64,000 bases of DNA, taken from the NCBI GenBank assembly GCA_038325595.1, contig JBBQJD010000001.1, positions 6,417-70,416 of the forward strand, written 5' to 3'. The DNA comes from Bacteroidales bacterium. GTDB taxonomy: Bacteria > Bacteroidota > Bacteroidia > Bacteroidales > VadinHA17. Positions 55,439-64,000 of this stretch are shown piece by piece. A program made the position numbers and the translations under genes. Each line of letters opens with the position of its first letter. The first letter of the stretch is position 1. The notes under the pieces are model-generated. The model saw only the letters and a list, made by a program, of their open reading frames with translations, did not search any database and was not told the origin of the DNA.

Positions 55439-57472
55439 TTATTTTATCATACTCCCGTTACTAACCTTCCCTGCAGGAGCAACCATCACCAGCTTCCCAT
55501 CCTTATCCTCAGCCATAAGTATCATTCCTTTCGATTCGATACCTTTAATTTTTCGCGGTTCCAGATTCGCAACAATGGAAATCTGTTTTCCGATAATGGT
55601 TTCCGGATCATAATATTCTGCAATGCCTGATACAATAGTTCTGATATCCAGGCCGGTATCAATTTTGAGCTTTAGCAATTTAGTTGTTTTAGGAACTTTC
55701 TCAGCTTCAAGAATTGTTGCTGTCCTGATATCGATCCTTGAAAAATCATCAAAATTTATGATATTCTTAGCCGGCACGGTGGTTGCATTTGCCTCCTGAT
55801 TGGATTTTTTCGTAGCAAGCAACTTATCGATCTGCCGTGTAATGGCATCATCTTCTATTTTCTCAAACAAAAGACCTGGTTTGTTGATAGCATGACCAGG
55901 TGCAAGCAGATCTGTACTTCCAGCCTTACTCCAGTTTTTTTCATTGAAATTCAGCCATCCCCGAAGCGTATTCATTGAAAATGGCAGGAAAGGTTCACAT
56001 ATTATAGTCAGGTTTGCAGTGATTTGCAAAGCTATGTTCATAATGGTTTTTACCCTTTCAGGATCGGTTTTTATTACTTTCCAGGGTTCAGCATCGGCAA
56101 GGTATTTGTTTCCAAGCCGGGCAAGATTCATTGCTTCTTTCAGGGCTTCGCGGAACCTGTAAGTCTCAAGGCTTGTCTCTACATTATTTTTGATGGAGGA
56201 CATTTCATTCAAAACAGCATCATCACTGGAATTGGTTTTCCCTCTTTCAGGAATTTTCCCATCATAATAATTATTGGTAAGCACAAGAGCCCTGTTTACA
56301 AAATTTCCTAGTATGGCTACCAGCTCATTATTGTTCCGAGCCTGGAAATCCTTCCATGTAAAGTCATTGTCTTTTGTCTCGGGTGCACTTGCACAAAGGG
56401 AATATCTCAGCACATCCTGTTTTCCCGGGAATTCCTCAAGGTATTCATGCAGCCATACTGCCCAGTTCCTCGATGTTGAGATCTTATCATTTTCGAGGTT
56501 CAGGAATTCATTTGCAGGAACATTCTCGGGAAGGATAAAGCTGCCTTCAGCTTTAAGCATAGCAGGAAATATTATGCAATGGAATACAATATTATCTTTT
56601 CCGATAAAATGAACCATTTTGGTTTCAGAGTCTTTCCAGTATTTCTCCCATTCAGGTGTAAGTTCCTTAGTAGCAGATATATATCCAATAGGCGCATCAA
56701 ACCATACATATAATACTTTTCCTTTGGCTCCATCCACCGGAACCGGGACACCCCAGTCGAGGTCGCGGCTTACTGCTCTTGGCTGCAGTCCCTGGTCGAG
56801 CCATGATTTACACTGTCCATATACGTTGGTTTTCCACTCCTTATGTTCTTCAAGGATCCATTTTTTAAGCCATGGTTCGTATTTATCGAGAGGCAGATAC
56901 CAGTGCAATGTCTCCCTCAGCACAGGCTTGCTGCCGCTTACAGTGGAATGAGGATTTATCAATTCATTAGGACTCAGTGATGTTCCGCATTTTTCACATT
57001 GATCGCCATATGCATTTTCGTTCCCGCAATGCGGGCAGGTTCCCATTATATACCTGTCGGCCAGAAAGCAACCGGCTTCTTCATCATAATATTGTTCAGA
57101 AGATTTTTCAATGAATTCACCTTTATCATAAAGTGTTTTGAAAAAATCCGATGCCGTATCGTAATGTACTTTATTGGAGGTACGTGAATAAATGTCAAAG
57201 GCAATTCCAAAATCCTCGAAAGCCTTCTTATTTACAACGTGGTATCTGTCAACAATCTCCTGTGGTGTCAGACCTTCTTTACGGGCTTTAAGGGTTATAG
57301 GAACTCCATGTTCATCCGATCCGCAAACTGATATTACATCTGCTCCCTTCATCCTGAGATATCTGGTATAAATATCTGAGGGTATATACACGCCTGCAAG
57401 ATGACCGATATGTATTGGGCCATTCGCATATGGAAGGGCTGATGTGACCAGGTATCTTTTAAAATTTTTCAT
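55439..57472 (-). CDS. metG: Methionyl-tRNA synthetase (with C-terminal tRNA-binding domain)
   Basis: 677 aa. HIGH motif (PIHIGHLAG), KMSKS-like region, zinc-knuckle cysteines (CPHCG..CEKCG), and a C-terminal EMAP/Trbp111-like domain. Confidence 0.95.
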   Translation of the reverse strand: MKNFKRYLVTSALPYANGPIHIGHLAGVYIPSDIYTRYLRMKGADVISVCGSDEHGVPITLKARKEGLTPQEIVDRYHVVNKKAFEDFGIAFDIYSRTSNKVHYDTASDFFKTLYDKGEFIEKSSEQYYDEEAGCFLADRYIMGTCPHCGNENAYGDQCEKCGTSLSPNELINPHSTVSGSKPVLRETLHWYLPLDKYEPWLKKWILEEHKEWKTNVYGQCKSWLDQGLQPRAVSRDLDWGVPVPVDGAKGKVLYVWFDAPIGYISATKELTPEWEKYWKDSETKMVHFIGKDNIVFHCIIFPAMLKAEGSFILPENVPANEFLNLENDKISTSRNWAVWLHEYLEEFPGKQDVLRYSLCASAPETKDNDFTWKDFQARNNNELVAILGNFVNRALVLTNNYYDGKIPERGKTNSSDDAVLNEMSSIKNNVETSLETYRFREALKEAMNLARLGNKYLADAEPWKVIKTDPERVKTIMNIALQITANLTIICEPFLPFSMNTLRGWLNFNEKNWSKAGSTDLLAPGHAINKPGLLFEKIEDDAITRQIDKLLATKKSNQEANATTVPAKNIINFDDFSRIDIRTATILEAEKVPKTTKLLKLKIDTGLDIRTIVSGIAEYYDPETIIGKQISIVANLEPRKIKGIESKGMILMAEDKDGKLVMVAPAGKVSNGSMIK

Positions 57473-57500
57473 TGGATCTGATAAGTAATAAAAAAACGAA

Positions 57501-57508
57501 CAAAGATA
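57501..57508 (-). promoter_or_regulatory. Candidate -7 box (TATCTTTG) for metG
   Basis: The minus strand matches TAnnTTTG, 28 nt upstream of the metG ATG. Confidence 0.35.
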
Positions 57509-57585
57509 ATAATTTGGAGCCTTTCGCCTGCTTCAGTACTTTATTATTTAACACGTGTAATAATTCCTAATTACAATATATTCCA

Positions 57586-57593
57586 TAATTTTG
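57586..57593 (+). promoter_or_regulatory. Candidate -7 box (TAATTTTG) for ldcA
   Basis: Matches TAnnTTTG, 46 nt upstream of the ATG at 57640. Confidence 0.35.
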
Positions 57594-57639
57594 AACTTTA
57601 AAGCCGCCATTTTTAATTCAATCCAATCACCTCCAGTCT

Positions 57640-58554
57640 ATGTCAGTGAAAAAAATCAAACCTGAATTACTTCAGCCCGGAGATAAGGTAGCTATTATCT
57701 CACCAGCTTTTTTTATTGATAAAATAAAAGTGCAGGAAGCAGCCGGACTTCTTGAGAGCTGGGGTCTGAAGGCAGAGGTCGGAAAGCATGCCTTTAATAA
57801 ATTTGGCCCTTTTGCCGGGACCGATGAGGAGAGATTAACTGATCTCCAGCAAATGATTGACAACAAGAACATTAAGGCAATATTCTGTTCAAGGGGAGGT
57901 TATGGCATCCTGAAAATAATTGACCGGGTTGATTTTTCTGCTCTAAAAAAAAATCCTAAATGGTTCGTGGGTTTCAGCGATATCACTGTACTGCATCTCT
58001 GGTTAATTGAAAACTGCAACCTGATTTCAATTCATGGTGAAATGGCTTTGAATTATTCAAAAAAGGAAAAAAGTAATGAAACATTGGAATCCCTGAAAGG
58101 TGCAATCTTCGGAAATCTCACTCCGTATAGCTGGAAGGGAATGGCACTAAGGCCACATCATGTGTCAGGCGAATTTACGGGTGGTAACCTTTCGCTAATC
58201 TACAGTTTAATGGGAACTAAAGGTGAACCTTCCACAAAAGGGAAGATATTGTTCCTTGAAGACACCTGGGAATATTATTATCATCTTGACAGGATGATGA
58301 CTTCACTCAAGCTTGCAGGTAAGCTCGATGGTTTGGCTGCAATTGTTTTCGGAGGCTTGAATGATATGCAGGATGGTAAGACAGAGTGGGGCAGGAGCGC
58401 TGAAGATACTGTAAGAGACATTGTTTCGGATTTTGATTATCCCGTTTTTTTTAATTTCCCGGCCGGACATATAAATGATAACCGTGCCCTTTATATCGGA
58501 CATATGGCTGTGATTGAAACGGATAACGGTGAATCAACCCTTACTTTCAAATGA
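57640..58554 (+). CDS. ldcA: LD-carboxypeptidase (peptidase S66)
   Basis: 304 aa. The nucleophile motif is GFSDITVLH. The overall layout is S66-like. Confidence 0.85.
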   Translation: MSVKKIKPELLQPGDKVAIISPAFFIDKIKVQEAAGLLESWGLKAEVGKHAFNKFGPFAGTDEERLTDLQQMIDNKNIKAIFCSRGGYGILKIIDRVDFSALKKNPKWFVGFSDITVLHLWLIENCNLISIHGEMALNYSKKEKSNETLESLKGAIFGNLTPYSWKGMALRPHHVSGEFTGGNLSLIYSLMGTKGEPSTKGKILFLEDTWEYYYHLDRMMTSLKLAGKLDGLAAIVFGGLNDMQDGKTEWGRSAEDTVRDIVSDFDYPVFFNFPAGHINDNRALYIGHMAVIETDNGESTLTFK

Positions 58555-59778
58555 TCAGAAAGCTGAAATAAGCAGATCGAGATCTTTTGACATGATACCG
58601 AATTTCTGGCCAAGAGTTTCATTGGTGAGCATACCATTATATAAGTATGCACCATTTCTTAATCCGGCATCATATTTAAGCAGTTGTGTGATCCCTCCTG
58701 CATCAGACAGATTCTGAAGAAGCGGCGAAAAGATATTGCTGAGAGCAATGGAGGCTGTTCTTGCAACACGTGACGGGAGGTTCCAGGCTGAAAAATGAAT
58801 GACTCCATGCTTTTCATATACCGGATCCTTCAATGCCCTGCATTCAGTGGTTTCAATACATCCTCCCCTGTCAATACTAAGGTCAATTACCACAGATCCT
58901 TTTTTCATGCTGCGTATCATATCCTCGGTGATATAATACCAGGGTTTAAGGTCTTCCAGTTCAATGGCTCCGATTATAACATCAGCCGATTTCAATGCTT
59001 TTTTAAGTACCTGAGGATGAAAGACTGATGTTTGCAGTTTTATACCAAGATGATTCTGAAAGCGCCTGAGCCTGTTTACGGAAGTATCAAATACTCTTAC
59101 CTGGGAACCAAGACCCAGGGCGGCCCTTGCAGCTGACTCTCCTGCTGTATTTGCTCCCAGTATTATGACCTCTGTAGGGGTAACGCCTGTCACTCCGCCC
59201 AGCATGACGCCCTTCCCTCCCTGAAATGTGCTTAAATATTCCGAGGCAATCAGAATTGATGTTACACCTGAGATCTCGCTCATCGATTCAATAACCGGCA
59301 TTAATCCACTGGAGTCGCGTATCTTTTCAAATGCAATTGCGGTTACTTTTTTTCTGATGAGCTTATCGAGGGTTTCCTCAGTGAGCTTGAGAACATTCAG
59401 GCATGAAAACAAAACCTGGTTTCCTTTAAGATATTCTGTATCTTTATCTGAGAACGGAGCTACTTTGATAATAACATCGGCACTGTATACCTGGGAAATT
59501 GAATCAGTTATCCTGGCTCCGTTTTCGCTGTAATCATTATCAGTATAATTGGCCCCAAGTCCGGCTCCGCTCTGAACAATTATTTCATTGCCTGTTTGTG
59601 CCAGAAGACATATAGATTCAGGGGTGAGAGCAACTCTTTTCTCATCAATCTTATCATCCGATGGAATACCAATCGTAATTTTGCGTGTTTTGAGAGCTAC
59701 CTCAAGGTGCTCTTCTTTTGGCATGAAGGCTGTGTTGCCAAAATTTACCTTTCCGCTCTTGGTTTCATCATTCATCAT
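58555..59778 (-). CDS. Alanine dehydrogenase / PNT-alpha family NAD(P)-dependent enzyme
   Basis: The ATG at 59778 (MMNDETK..) gives about 407 aa. An upstream ATG at 59835 is also possible. Rossmann motif VIILGANTAGESAA. The stop abuts the convergent ldcA stop. Confidence 0.7.
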   Translation of the reverse strand: MMNDETKSGKVNFGNTAFMPKEEHLEVALKTRKITIGIPSDDKIDEKRVALTPESICLLAQTGNEIIVQSGAGLGANYTDNDYSENGARITDSISQVYSADVIIKVAPFSDKDTEYLKGNQVLFSCLNVLKLTEETLDKLIRKKVTAIAFEKIRDSSGLMPVIESMSEISGVTSILIASEYLSTFQGGKGVMLGGVTGVTPTEVIILGANTAGESAARAALGLGSQVRVFDTSVNRLRRFQNHLGIKLQTSVFHPQVLKKALKSADVIIGAIELEDLKPWYYITEDMIRSMKKGSVVIDLSIDRGGCIETTECRALKDPVYEKHGVIHFSAWNLPSRVARTASIALSNIFSPLLQNLSDAGGITQLLKYDAGLRNGAYLYNGMLTNETLGQKFGIMSKDLDLLISAF

Positions 59779-59841
59779 TATAGAAAGGATTTTTTCTTCA
59801 AAGTTAAAAAAAATTGCAATAGAGCCAACATACAAGCACAG

Positions 59842-60255
59842 TTATGGAATTAACAGGATGCGCTGATCCTTGTCGTCAACAGAGATTCTGACCCTCACGG
59901 TTTCAGGGGGCAGAATTTCTTCAACAAGTTCCGGCCACTCCATAAAACAAAATGAATCCCCATTCAGATATTCCTCTGCTCCGAAGTCGAATACTTCTTC
60001 AAGCTTCTTTATCCGGTAGAAATCTATATGATAAAGTGTCGTTCCGTCATTTGTTCTGTATTCATTTACGAGTGTAAAAGTAGGACTGCTTACAATATCA
60101 ATTGTTCCCAGGATTTCACACAGGGCCTTAATGAAAGTAGTTTTTCCTGCACCCATGGATCCGTAGAAAGCGAAGATCCTGTTATTTCCATAATGTTTTA
60201 AAAGCTCCCTGGCTGCAGCATTAAGGTGTCTCTTGTCTTTTATTAATATTTCCAC
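59842..60255 (-). CDS. tsaE: tRNA t6A37 biosynthesis ATPase TsaE
   Basis: 137 aa with a GTG start. Walker A GSMGAGKTTF and the motif SPTFTLVNEY. Confidence 0.9.
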   Translation of the reverse strand: MEILIKDKRHLNAAARELLKHYGNNRIFAFYGSMGAGKTTFIKALCEILGTIDIVSSPTFTLVNEYRTNDGTTLYHIDFYRIKKLEEVFDFGAEEYLNGDSFCFMEWPELVEEILPPETVRVRISVDDKDQRILLIP

Positions 60256-60279
60256 TGATCAACTATTGATTAAATCATG

Positions 60280-61833
60280 TTAAACAGGTTCAAGAAATGC
60301 AACCGGCAACATAATCTCCTGCATAGAAATTCCTCCATGCTGGAAAGTATCCCTGTAATAGCCGGCATAGTAGTTAAAGTTGTTCTGGTATATCAGGAAA
60401 TCTTTGTTAAGGGCAAATATATATCTTGAGCTGATATTTGTTTTTGGCAGCATTGCCTTTTCAGGATCCTTCAGCTCGAATACTTTTTTTGCATCATAAT
60501 CGAGATTTCTTCCCATCTTGTATCTCAGGTTGGCGGATGTATTTCTGTCACCGATTATTTTTACAGGATTCTGCACTCTTATTGTACCATGATCCGTACT
60601 GAAAATGACTCTCACAGGATGATCTGCAAGTATCCTGAGAAGCTCAAACAACGATGAATGTGCAAACCATGACCTGGTGAGGCTCCTGTAAGCCCTTTCA
60701 TCATTTGCAAGATCGCGTATCAGCTTAACATCAGTTCTTGCATGGGAAAGCATATCGACAAAATTGAAGACAAGAATATTTATATCATTCCCAAGCAGTG
60801 ATTTAATTTTTTCGTTCAGTTTCTTCCCCTCCGTACCGCTACTGATCTTATTATACGACCATTTGTATTTCAGCCTTCTACGATCAAGCTGGCTTTGAAA
60901 AAGCTCTTCCTCAAACATGTTTTTTCCTTCTTCCTCATCATCATTTATCCAGTATTTGGGCATGGTGCGAACAATTTCGGATGGCATTAATCCTGCAAAA
61001 ATCGAATTACGGCTGAATTGTGTGGAGGTAGGCAGGATGCTGAAATACAGATCTTCATCTAAGAGTCTGAAAAGACCCGTGAGTTCATTATAAATTGTTT
61101 TCCACTGATCAAAACGCATGTTGTCGATAAGGATGAAAAACAGAGGTTTATTGTCAGTAATATGCGGGAAGACTTTCTTGGAGAGTAGAGCAGGAGACAG
61201 AACCGGTTTATTTGTATTCTCAGGCTTTAGCCAGTTGAGATAGTTATTAATCATAAACCTTGAAAACGAGTTATTTGCCTGATTCTCCTGATCTTTCAGA
61301 ATCTCAGCCATTCCCGGATCTGTTGATTTCTCAAGCTCAGATTCCCAGAAAACTATCTTCCTGTATAATTCAGTCCAGTCATCGAATGTTGAGGCAGAAG
61401 AGATCATATTACTGATGCGGCTGAATTCCTGCTGGTAGTCAGTAGTAGTCTTTTCAGTAACCAGCCGCCTTTGATCAAGAATTTTTTTTATAACAAGAAG
61501 CACTTGCTGGGGCTTGACAGGTTTTATCAGGTAGTCAGCTATCTCAGAGCCAATTGCAGCTTCCATAAGCTCTTCTTCATCGCTCTTTGTAATCATTACA
61601 ACCGGTATGTCGGTTCTTACCTCTTTGATAAGCTTAAGGGTTTCAATCCCGCTTAATCCGGGCATATTTTCATCGAGGAATATAAGATCGTACCTGTTTA
61701 TTCTTACAAGATCAATAGTATCATTCCCGTTGGTGCATGTATCAATATCGTAACCTTTCTCCTGAAGAAAGAGGATATAAGGCTTTAGTGCCTCGACTTC
61801 ATCATCTGTCCAGAGTATGCTTGTTTTTCTCAT
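60280..61833 (-). CDS. porX: Response regulator receiver + PglZ (alkaline-phosphatase superfamily) protein, PorX-type T9SS regulator
   Basis: 517 aa. Receiver domain ILWTDDE...DLIFLDENMPGLSG...K. The C-terminal 380 aa are PglZ-like (..FSTDHGT..). Size and architecture match PorX. Confidence 0.75.
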   Translation of the reverse strand: MRKTSILWTDDEVEALKPYILFLQEKGYDIDTCTNGNDTIDLVRINRYDLIFLDENMPGLSGIETLKLIKEVRTDIPVVMITKSDEEELMEAAIGSEIADYLIKPVKPQQVLLVIKKILDQRRLVTEKTTTDYQQEFSRISNMISSASTFDDWTELYRKIVFWESELEKSTDPGMAEILKDQENQANNSFSRFMINNYLNWLKPENTNKPVLSPALLSKKVFPHITDNKPLFFILIDNMRFDQWKTIYNELTGLFRLLDEDLYFSILPTSTQFSRNSIFAGLMPSEIVRTMPKYWINDDEEEGKNMFEEELFQSQLDRRRLKYKWSYNKISSGTEGKKLNEKIKSLLGNDINILVFNFVDMLSHARTDVKLIRDLANDERAYRSLTRSWFAHSSLFELLRILADHPVRVIFSTDHGTIRVQNPVKIIGDRNTSANLRYKMGRNLDYDAKKVFELKDPEKAMLPKTNISSRYIFALNKDFLIYQNNFNYYAGYYRDTFQHGGISMQEIMLPVAFLEPV

Positions 61834-61848
61834 TATAACCTTTTCGGT

Positions 61849-64000
61849 TTATTTCCTTTTTATATAGTTCTCAATGAAAAAAAGCCGGTAACGGTCAGGA
61901 TTTTTATCAGTGGAAAGCACTTTAAAATTCGTATCATTGATAATAAAGGACATGATCTGTTTGCCAGGGGTATTGCGAATTATCTCCTCTGTATTGAAAT
62001 TCCCGTAATATTCCATTGCCGCAGAATAACTTCTGAATCCTGAAACATTTATCATTATGTACTTATTATCAACAAGAGTTCCTTCAGTTTTGAGATTATT
62101 ATTAGTGTAATTATCAATGTTATAACTGATTACGTCAAAAGTTGCCTGGTTTATATTGAAGGCCGGATCTTCGATGATTATTGTGAACATGTGAATGGAT
62201 GTAGTATCGGCAAAATAAAGTTCTGCTGCAATTTTCCTGTCTTCTTCCACTTTCAGTTCAGGAAGCTTCTTGTTCAGGAATGAAATCAGTTCCTCTGCTT
62301 TTTTACTTTCAGGTGTTCCCGGCCATGTTTTGATAACCGTGTTGAGTTCATCCTTGAATTTTCTTTCATCACTCACGGCTGCAATTGAATAAGCCCGTAA
62401 AAGCAGGAATTTTGGTGCAAGCACATTCTGCGGATATTTTTCAAGCGCATCACTGCTCATCATGATGGCATCATTATAGTTACCGGTTGTATACTTGTTG
62501 TAAGCATCTTCATAGAGATTTTCGGAAATTTTCAGATCGGCCATCTTCTTCTCATGGTACGCAGGATCTGACAGTATCCTGCCAAATTCACTCGAGGGAA
62601 ACCTTTCGAGTAATCTCTGTCTGTAAGCTTCTGCCTTAATGCTGTTCTTATCTTTATTGAAATTATAGAGGTCGTACAAAGCCTCGGGCAAGAGCTGGCT
62701 TTCAGGATAGCGACTTATCAGTTTCTCAAGTGTTTCCGTAGCCATAGCTGTATCACTGATCCTTTCTGAATAGGCTTTCCCTGCATCCAGAAGGGCCAGG
62801 GCTAATTTGTCATTCGATACAGCAAGAGCCGTATCGTTCAGCGGCAGATTTTTCAGGTAGAACTCTGGTTTGGCAGGGTCATTGACTGCTGCGTTTGTGT
62901 CAGCAGCAACCGACTGATTTTCTTCACTGTCATCTGCCAGAAGTGATGTATTAACCCTGGCTCTGTTTGACCTTCTCCAGTTATCTTCGAGTTTCCTTTC
63001 TCCCCATCTTCTGCGGAATTCCGTTCGTCCGAAAGTTAAAGCTGCCTGGTTGTAAAAATACCATTTGCCTTCCTGCTCTATATTCCCCTGGAAACGTCTT
63101 TCATTTTCATAATACTGACCAATATTATACCGGTCGGAATATTCGGAGGTTTTTCCCTCTGCCTCATTTTTCGCAGCTGTGGCAATTACCTGGGCAATAA
63201 ATGCATTTCTCTGTTGTTCCGGCATTGCAGCTACTCTCTGAAGGCTGTCTTCTCGCTGTATTACTGTTAGTTGTGCAACAAGTGCATTAAGGTTCTGAGA
63301 CTTATTTCTAAGATTCTGATATTCAGGATGTTTCTCATCGAGAAAGTACACTGTACTGTCATAGTAAGTCCCGGCCTTCATGTAATCCTTTTTCTCATAA
63401 AAATGATTCGCCAGAGCAAGGTATGCCCTTCCTTTCTGGTTGGGATTGAGTGAAGTTGAATTGGCGGATTTTCGAAAGAAATCGAGAGCCTCGGCTTCAT
63501 TTCCTTCCTTCATCGACATGTTTCCAAGAGCAAAATATATCTGGTCCTGAAAATCCTTGTTTTTTGAATCCCTGAGCATTCTTTCAAGCTCTTTCCTTAT
63601 TTCCTCAGGGTCACCTGAATTGATATCAAATACGTCTGCTATATTTATTCTGGCATTGAATTCAACTTCATAAGGGGGGTTCATCTTCACAACCTTGCGA
63701 TAGAGTGTTGTTGCCCTTGCTCCACTTCCGGTATTTTCATAAAGCTGGGCAAGAAGATAAGTCAGTCTGTACCGTGTCCTTTTTCCTGAAATCAGGTTTA
63801 ATGCCTTCTCTAGAGGAGCTATTGCCTCAGAATATCTTTTTTGCTTAACATACAGATCTGCAAGTGTGGTATTATACATTGCCTGGAGACTTTTCGGAAA
63901 GTCAGTTGTAACGTCAAGCTCATTTAACAGCCGTAATGAAATGTTGAAATTGCCTGTCTCATTATTGACTCTTGCAAGCCATATTTCCGCTTCTTTACTT
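61849..64000 (-). CDS. TPR-repeat protein, 5' end outside window; possible PorW/SprE-family T9SS lipoprotein
   Basis: The frame stays open beyond the listed ATG (63879) to the window edge. Multiple TPR units are present. The central motif WYFYNQAALTFGRTEFRRRWGERKLEDNWRRS is one I recall from SprE-like proteins. The product call is less certain than the CDS itself. Confidence 0.7.
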   Translation of the reverse strand, partial: SKEAEIWLARVNNETGNFNISLRLLNELDVTTDFPKSLQAMYNTTLADLYVKQKRYSEAIAPLEKALNLISGKRTRYRLTYLLAQLYENTGSGARATTLYRKVVKMNPPYEVEFNARINIADVFDINSGDPEEIRKELERMLRDSKNKDFQDQIYFALGNMSMKEGNEAEALDFFRKSANSTSLNPNQKGRAYLALANHFYEKKDYMKAGTYYDSTVYFLDEKHPEYQNLRNKSQNLNALVAQLTVIQREDSLQRVAAMPEQQRNAFIAQVIATAAKNEAEGKTSEYSDRYNIGQYYENERRFQGNIEQEGKWYFYNQAALTFGRTEFRRRWGERKLEDNWRRSNRARVNTSLLADDSEENQSVAADTNAAVNDPAKPEFYLKNLPLNDTALAVSNDKLALALLDAGKAYSERISDTAMATETLEKLISRYPESQLLPEALYDLYNFNKDKNSIKAEAYRQRLLERFPSSEFGRILSDPAYHEKKMADLKISENLYEDAYNKYTTGNYNDAIMMSSDALEKYPQNVLAPKFLLLRAYSIAAVSDERKFKDELNTVIKTWPGTPESKKAEELISFLNKKLPELKVEEDRKIAAELYFADTTSIHMFTIIIEDPAFNINQATFDVISYNIDNYTNNNLKTEGTLVDNKYIMINVSGFRSYSAAMEYYGNFNTEEIIRNTPGKQIMSFIINDTNFKVLSTDKNPDRYRLFFIENYIKRK

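Noticed and set aside
60280-61833. A PglZ-domain protein, which could flag a BREX or other phage-defence locus.
   Set aside because: The PglZ domain is fused to an N-terminal response-regulator receiver, which is the PorX architecture. It sits in a housekeeping operon with tsaE. No brxC, pglX methyltransferase, brxL or other defence genes are nearby.
1-64000. Search for rRNA, tRNA, tmRNA, RNase P, integrase, transposase or prophage signatures.
   Set aside because: By eye I found no T-loop-like GGTTCGAATCC-type motif in the intergenic regions, no RNase P core motifs, and no recombinase-like ORFs. Absence should be confirmed with tRNAscan-SE, Infernal and ISfinder.

Overview
This 64-kb window looks like a chromosomal core region of a Bacteroidota genome with low-to-moderate GC. 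Support for that placement comes from the gliding/T9SS genes, several TAnnTTTG -7 promoter boxes, and Bacteroidota-typical families (DUF4296-, DUF4270- and DUF4834-like). Coding density is high. About 55 protein genes can be supported. I saw no rRNA, tRNA, CRISPR array, transposase or integrase. Recognisable content, in order:
- Methionine cycle: metH (3' part), metF, metK.
- Translation and regulation: asnS, rpoN, trpS and metG.
- A seven-gene tightly packed minus-strand operon: rbfA, a methyltransferase, a LolC/E-like permease, a lipoprotein, an amidohydrolase, a radical SAM protein and a glycosyltransferase.
- An MlaEF-like ABC pair and manC.
- The T9SS/gliding core porP-gldK-gldL-gldM-gldN, plus a separate gldA-like ATPase.
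- topA, a PBP1A, radA and panCD.
- A half-size GlgA-like gene followed by a DUF4270-like lipoprotein.
- A six-gene nucleotide-sugar operon (wbpE-D-B-A-like, galE, rfbB).
- ldcA, tsaE, a PorX-type receiver-PglZ regulator, and a 5'-truncated TPR protein that may be PorW/SprE.
The most interesting unexplained content is a translationally coupled four-gene envelope operon at 20677-27174. It encodes a membrane-anchored beta-propeller protein, a 699-aa lipoprotein, a PorP/SprF-like outer-membrane protein and a 62-aa membrane micro-protein. Next to it lies a Tat-signal AraA/FucI-like isomerase-fold gene flanked by repeat elements. Other points worth a second look are an arginase-fold protein with three of six Mn ligands replaced, a possible SAM-responsive leader upstream of metK, an orphan minus-strand terminator suggesting a small RNA, and three unrelated families of intergenic palindromic repeats.
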